Origin: Thermoplasmata archaeon
Lineage (GTDB): Archaea; Thermoplasmatota; Thermoplasmata; Lutacidiplasmatales; UBA184
Assembly (NCBI GenBank): GCA_030039865.1
Contig: JASHUS010000131.1
Coordinates: 1-33,616 of the forward strand
Direction: 5' to 3'
DNA: 33,616 bases
Part shown: positions 32,420 through 33,616 of the stretch, in pieces
Numbering within the stretch: the first letter of the stretch is position 1
Layout of the letters: the number at the start of each line of letters is the position of its first letter
The notes under the pieces: generated by a model
Seen by the model: only the letters and a program-made list of their open reading frames with translations
Databases searched by the model: none
Told to the model about the DNA's origin: nothing
Made by a program: the position numbers and the translations under genes

Positions 32420-32439
32420 GGCCCCACCGTCCTTCGCCC

Positions 32440-33616
32440 ATGGACCCCGCCTGGGCCAAGCCAAGACCGGTCTGGATACTGCCGATTGCGATCGCGATTT
32501 GCGCGGTGATGGTGCTCTCCGGAGCCGGAGCGATGCTCCTGCTCGGGAGTTCGGCGTCGCACAGCGGGGGTGGATCCGCCACGCCGGCCTCATCGGCCGC
32601 GGCCAGTTCTTCTGCGGCAGCGAGCGCGCACAATGCTCCCGCGTCCTCGGGCTCGTCGTTTGGGAACGCTCTCAGCGATCTGGGCTCGATTAAGACCCTC
32701 GCCGCCGAACAGCTCACCGCGGACGAAAAACAAGTCGACGCGGATCACCTCCAACCGATTACTTCGCTGCCCGCCGCGGGCCTACTCCAGCACGGCGTGA
32801 CCGTGGGCCAGGACGGCATCGTACCGCTCTACACGACCCAACCCGCCCCGATCGGCATCGGGGACTTCGGACTCGGCGCGAGCGGACCGTACGCCTACAA
32901 CACGAGCAGCGTGCTCGGTTCGATCACCTTCAACTCGCAGCCGAACGCGACGAACCCGGGGGCGTCCGACACGGTCGACCCGGGCGCGACGCACCTCGGC
33001 GAGGTCGCGTCGACCAACGAGTTCACGATCCAACTCAACACGATCCTGACGAACGTGACCCAGCCGGGGAGCTACAACGGGACGTACTGGACCCAGAACG
33101 TCCTCGACGTCTCCTCGACGGGGATCCACTTCGTCGACGACGTCTTCAACCAGTCCGGTGACGGCGTCGACATCGCGCCCAACGCGATCCTGTCGGGCTG
33201 CCCCGGCGGGCCGAGCGTCCAGGACATCATCGACCTCTACGGCATCTACCAGTGCGTCGGGACCACGATCCCGATCACCGCCGCCAACTACCCGCTCTCG
33301 ATCTGGCTGTGGAACAACGCGTCCGTCGTCAACAACGAGGACGTGCTCACGTTCAGCTACTGGATCTCGGTCGCGGCCGGCCTCGAGATGTACGGCATCT
33401 CCGACCAGTTGACGTTCAACAGCACCGGCTACGCGCTGACCCCTGCCTACCCGACCGCGTTCGAAGTGAACGGTTGGACCGGCACACCGGGCGGGCTCTT
33501 CTACGACTCGGAGCTCATCCTCGGCGGAGCGATCGGCGGCTCCAACGCCGTGTTCTCATCGCTCAGCGCGACGGACTCGTTGAAGTACGTCACCAGCACC
33601 GGGGTATGGAAGAACG
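32440..33616 (+). CDS. Thermopsin-like (peptidase A5 family) secreted protease, N-terminally anchored. The 3' end runs off the window.
   Basis: I translated it by hand and it is open to the window end. An N-terminal TM helix (VWILPIAIAICAVMVLSGAGAMLLL) and a Ser/Ala linker come first. Then come PAPIGIGDFGLG, FTIQLNTIL, YWTQNVLDV and SELILGGAIGGSNAVF segments that match thermopsin family blocks from memory. Many N-x-S/T sequons are present. Confidence 0.7.
   Translation, partial: MDPAWAKPRPVWILPIAIAICAVMVLSGAGAMLLLGSSASHSGGGSATPASSAAASSSAAASAHNAPASSGSSFGNALSDLGSIKTLAAEQLTADEKQVDADHLQPITSLPAAGLLQHGVTVGQDGIVPLYTTQPAPIGIGDFGLGASGPYAYNTSSVLGSITFNSQPNATNPGASDTVDPGATHLGEVASTNEFTIQLNTILTNVTQPGSYNGTYWTQNVLDVSSTGIHFVDDVFNQSGDGVDIAPNAILSGCPGGPSVQDIIDLYGIYQCVGTTIPITAANYPLSIWLWNNASVVNNEDVLTFSYWISVAAGLEMYGISDQLTFNSTGYALTPAYPTAFEVNGWTGTPGGLFYDSELILGGAIGGSNAVFSSLSATDSLKYVTSTGVWKN

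Noticed and set aside
1-33616. I searched for CRISPR repeats, rRNA, tRNA, integrase or transposase genes, toxin-antitoxin pairs and defence-system hallmarks.
   Set aside because: None was seen by eye. Intergenic regions are short (mostly under 250 nt) and contain no regularly spaced repeats. All the large ORFs are metabolic, transport, surface or unknown proteins without nuclease or helicase motifs.

Overview
GC-rich (roughly two-thirds G+C by eye) chromosomal segment that looks archaeal. It carries an archaeal-type triosephosphate isomerase, a thermopsin-like protease, GH15/GH57/glycogen-synthase genes and AT-rich TATA-like boxes centred about 25-30 nt upstream of many start codons. An uncultured high-GC Thermoplasmatota-like archaeon is my inference, not a demonstrated assignment. 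I see no rRNA, tRNA, CRISPR array, transposase, integrase or obvious mobile element, so the window reads as core metabolic genome with a few poorly understood genes.

Gene content, left to right:
- a DUF2079-like membrane protein (truncated by the window edge);
- a minus-strand sugar cluster: GH15 glucoamylase/trehalase, solute-binding protein, two permeases and a MalK-like ATPase;
- a CADD/PqqC-like di-iron oxidase;
- a sequon-rich membrane-anchored exoprotein;
- a GH57 amylase, a glycogen-synthase-like GT and tpiA;
- acetyl-CoA synthetase;
- a DUF998 membrane protein plus a 47-aa zinc ribbon;
- a SAM methyltransferase;
- a 900-aa membrane / coiled-coil / degenerate KaiC-like protein;
- a 2-hydroxyacid dehydrogenase;
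- a HAD hydrolase;
- a SatP/YaaH acetate channel;
- a triple zinc-ribbon protein with an RGG-like tail;
- an ABC-2 exporter pair;
- a translationally coupled unknown protein plus an internally duplicated membrane protein;
- a roughly 440-nt stretch without convincing long coding potential;
- a hotdog thioesterase;
- sat-cysC;
- two divergent unknowns;
- a thermopsin-like protease (truncated by the window edge).

Many long ORFs in the supplied track are GC-driven shadow or over-extended frames, and I trimmed or rejected them.

The items most worth a second look are:
- the 900-aa pseudo-KaiC coiled-coil membrane protein;
- the zinc-ribbon/RGG protein;
- the non-coding-looking gap at 27.6-28.0 kb;
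- the missing canonical start codon of tpiA.

No claim here rests on a database search, because I could not run any.
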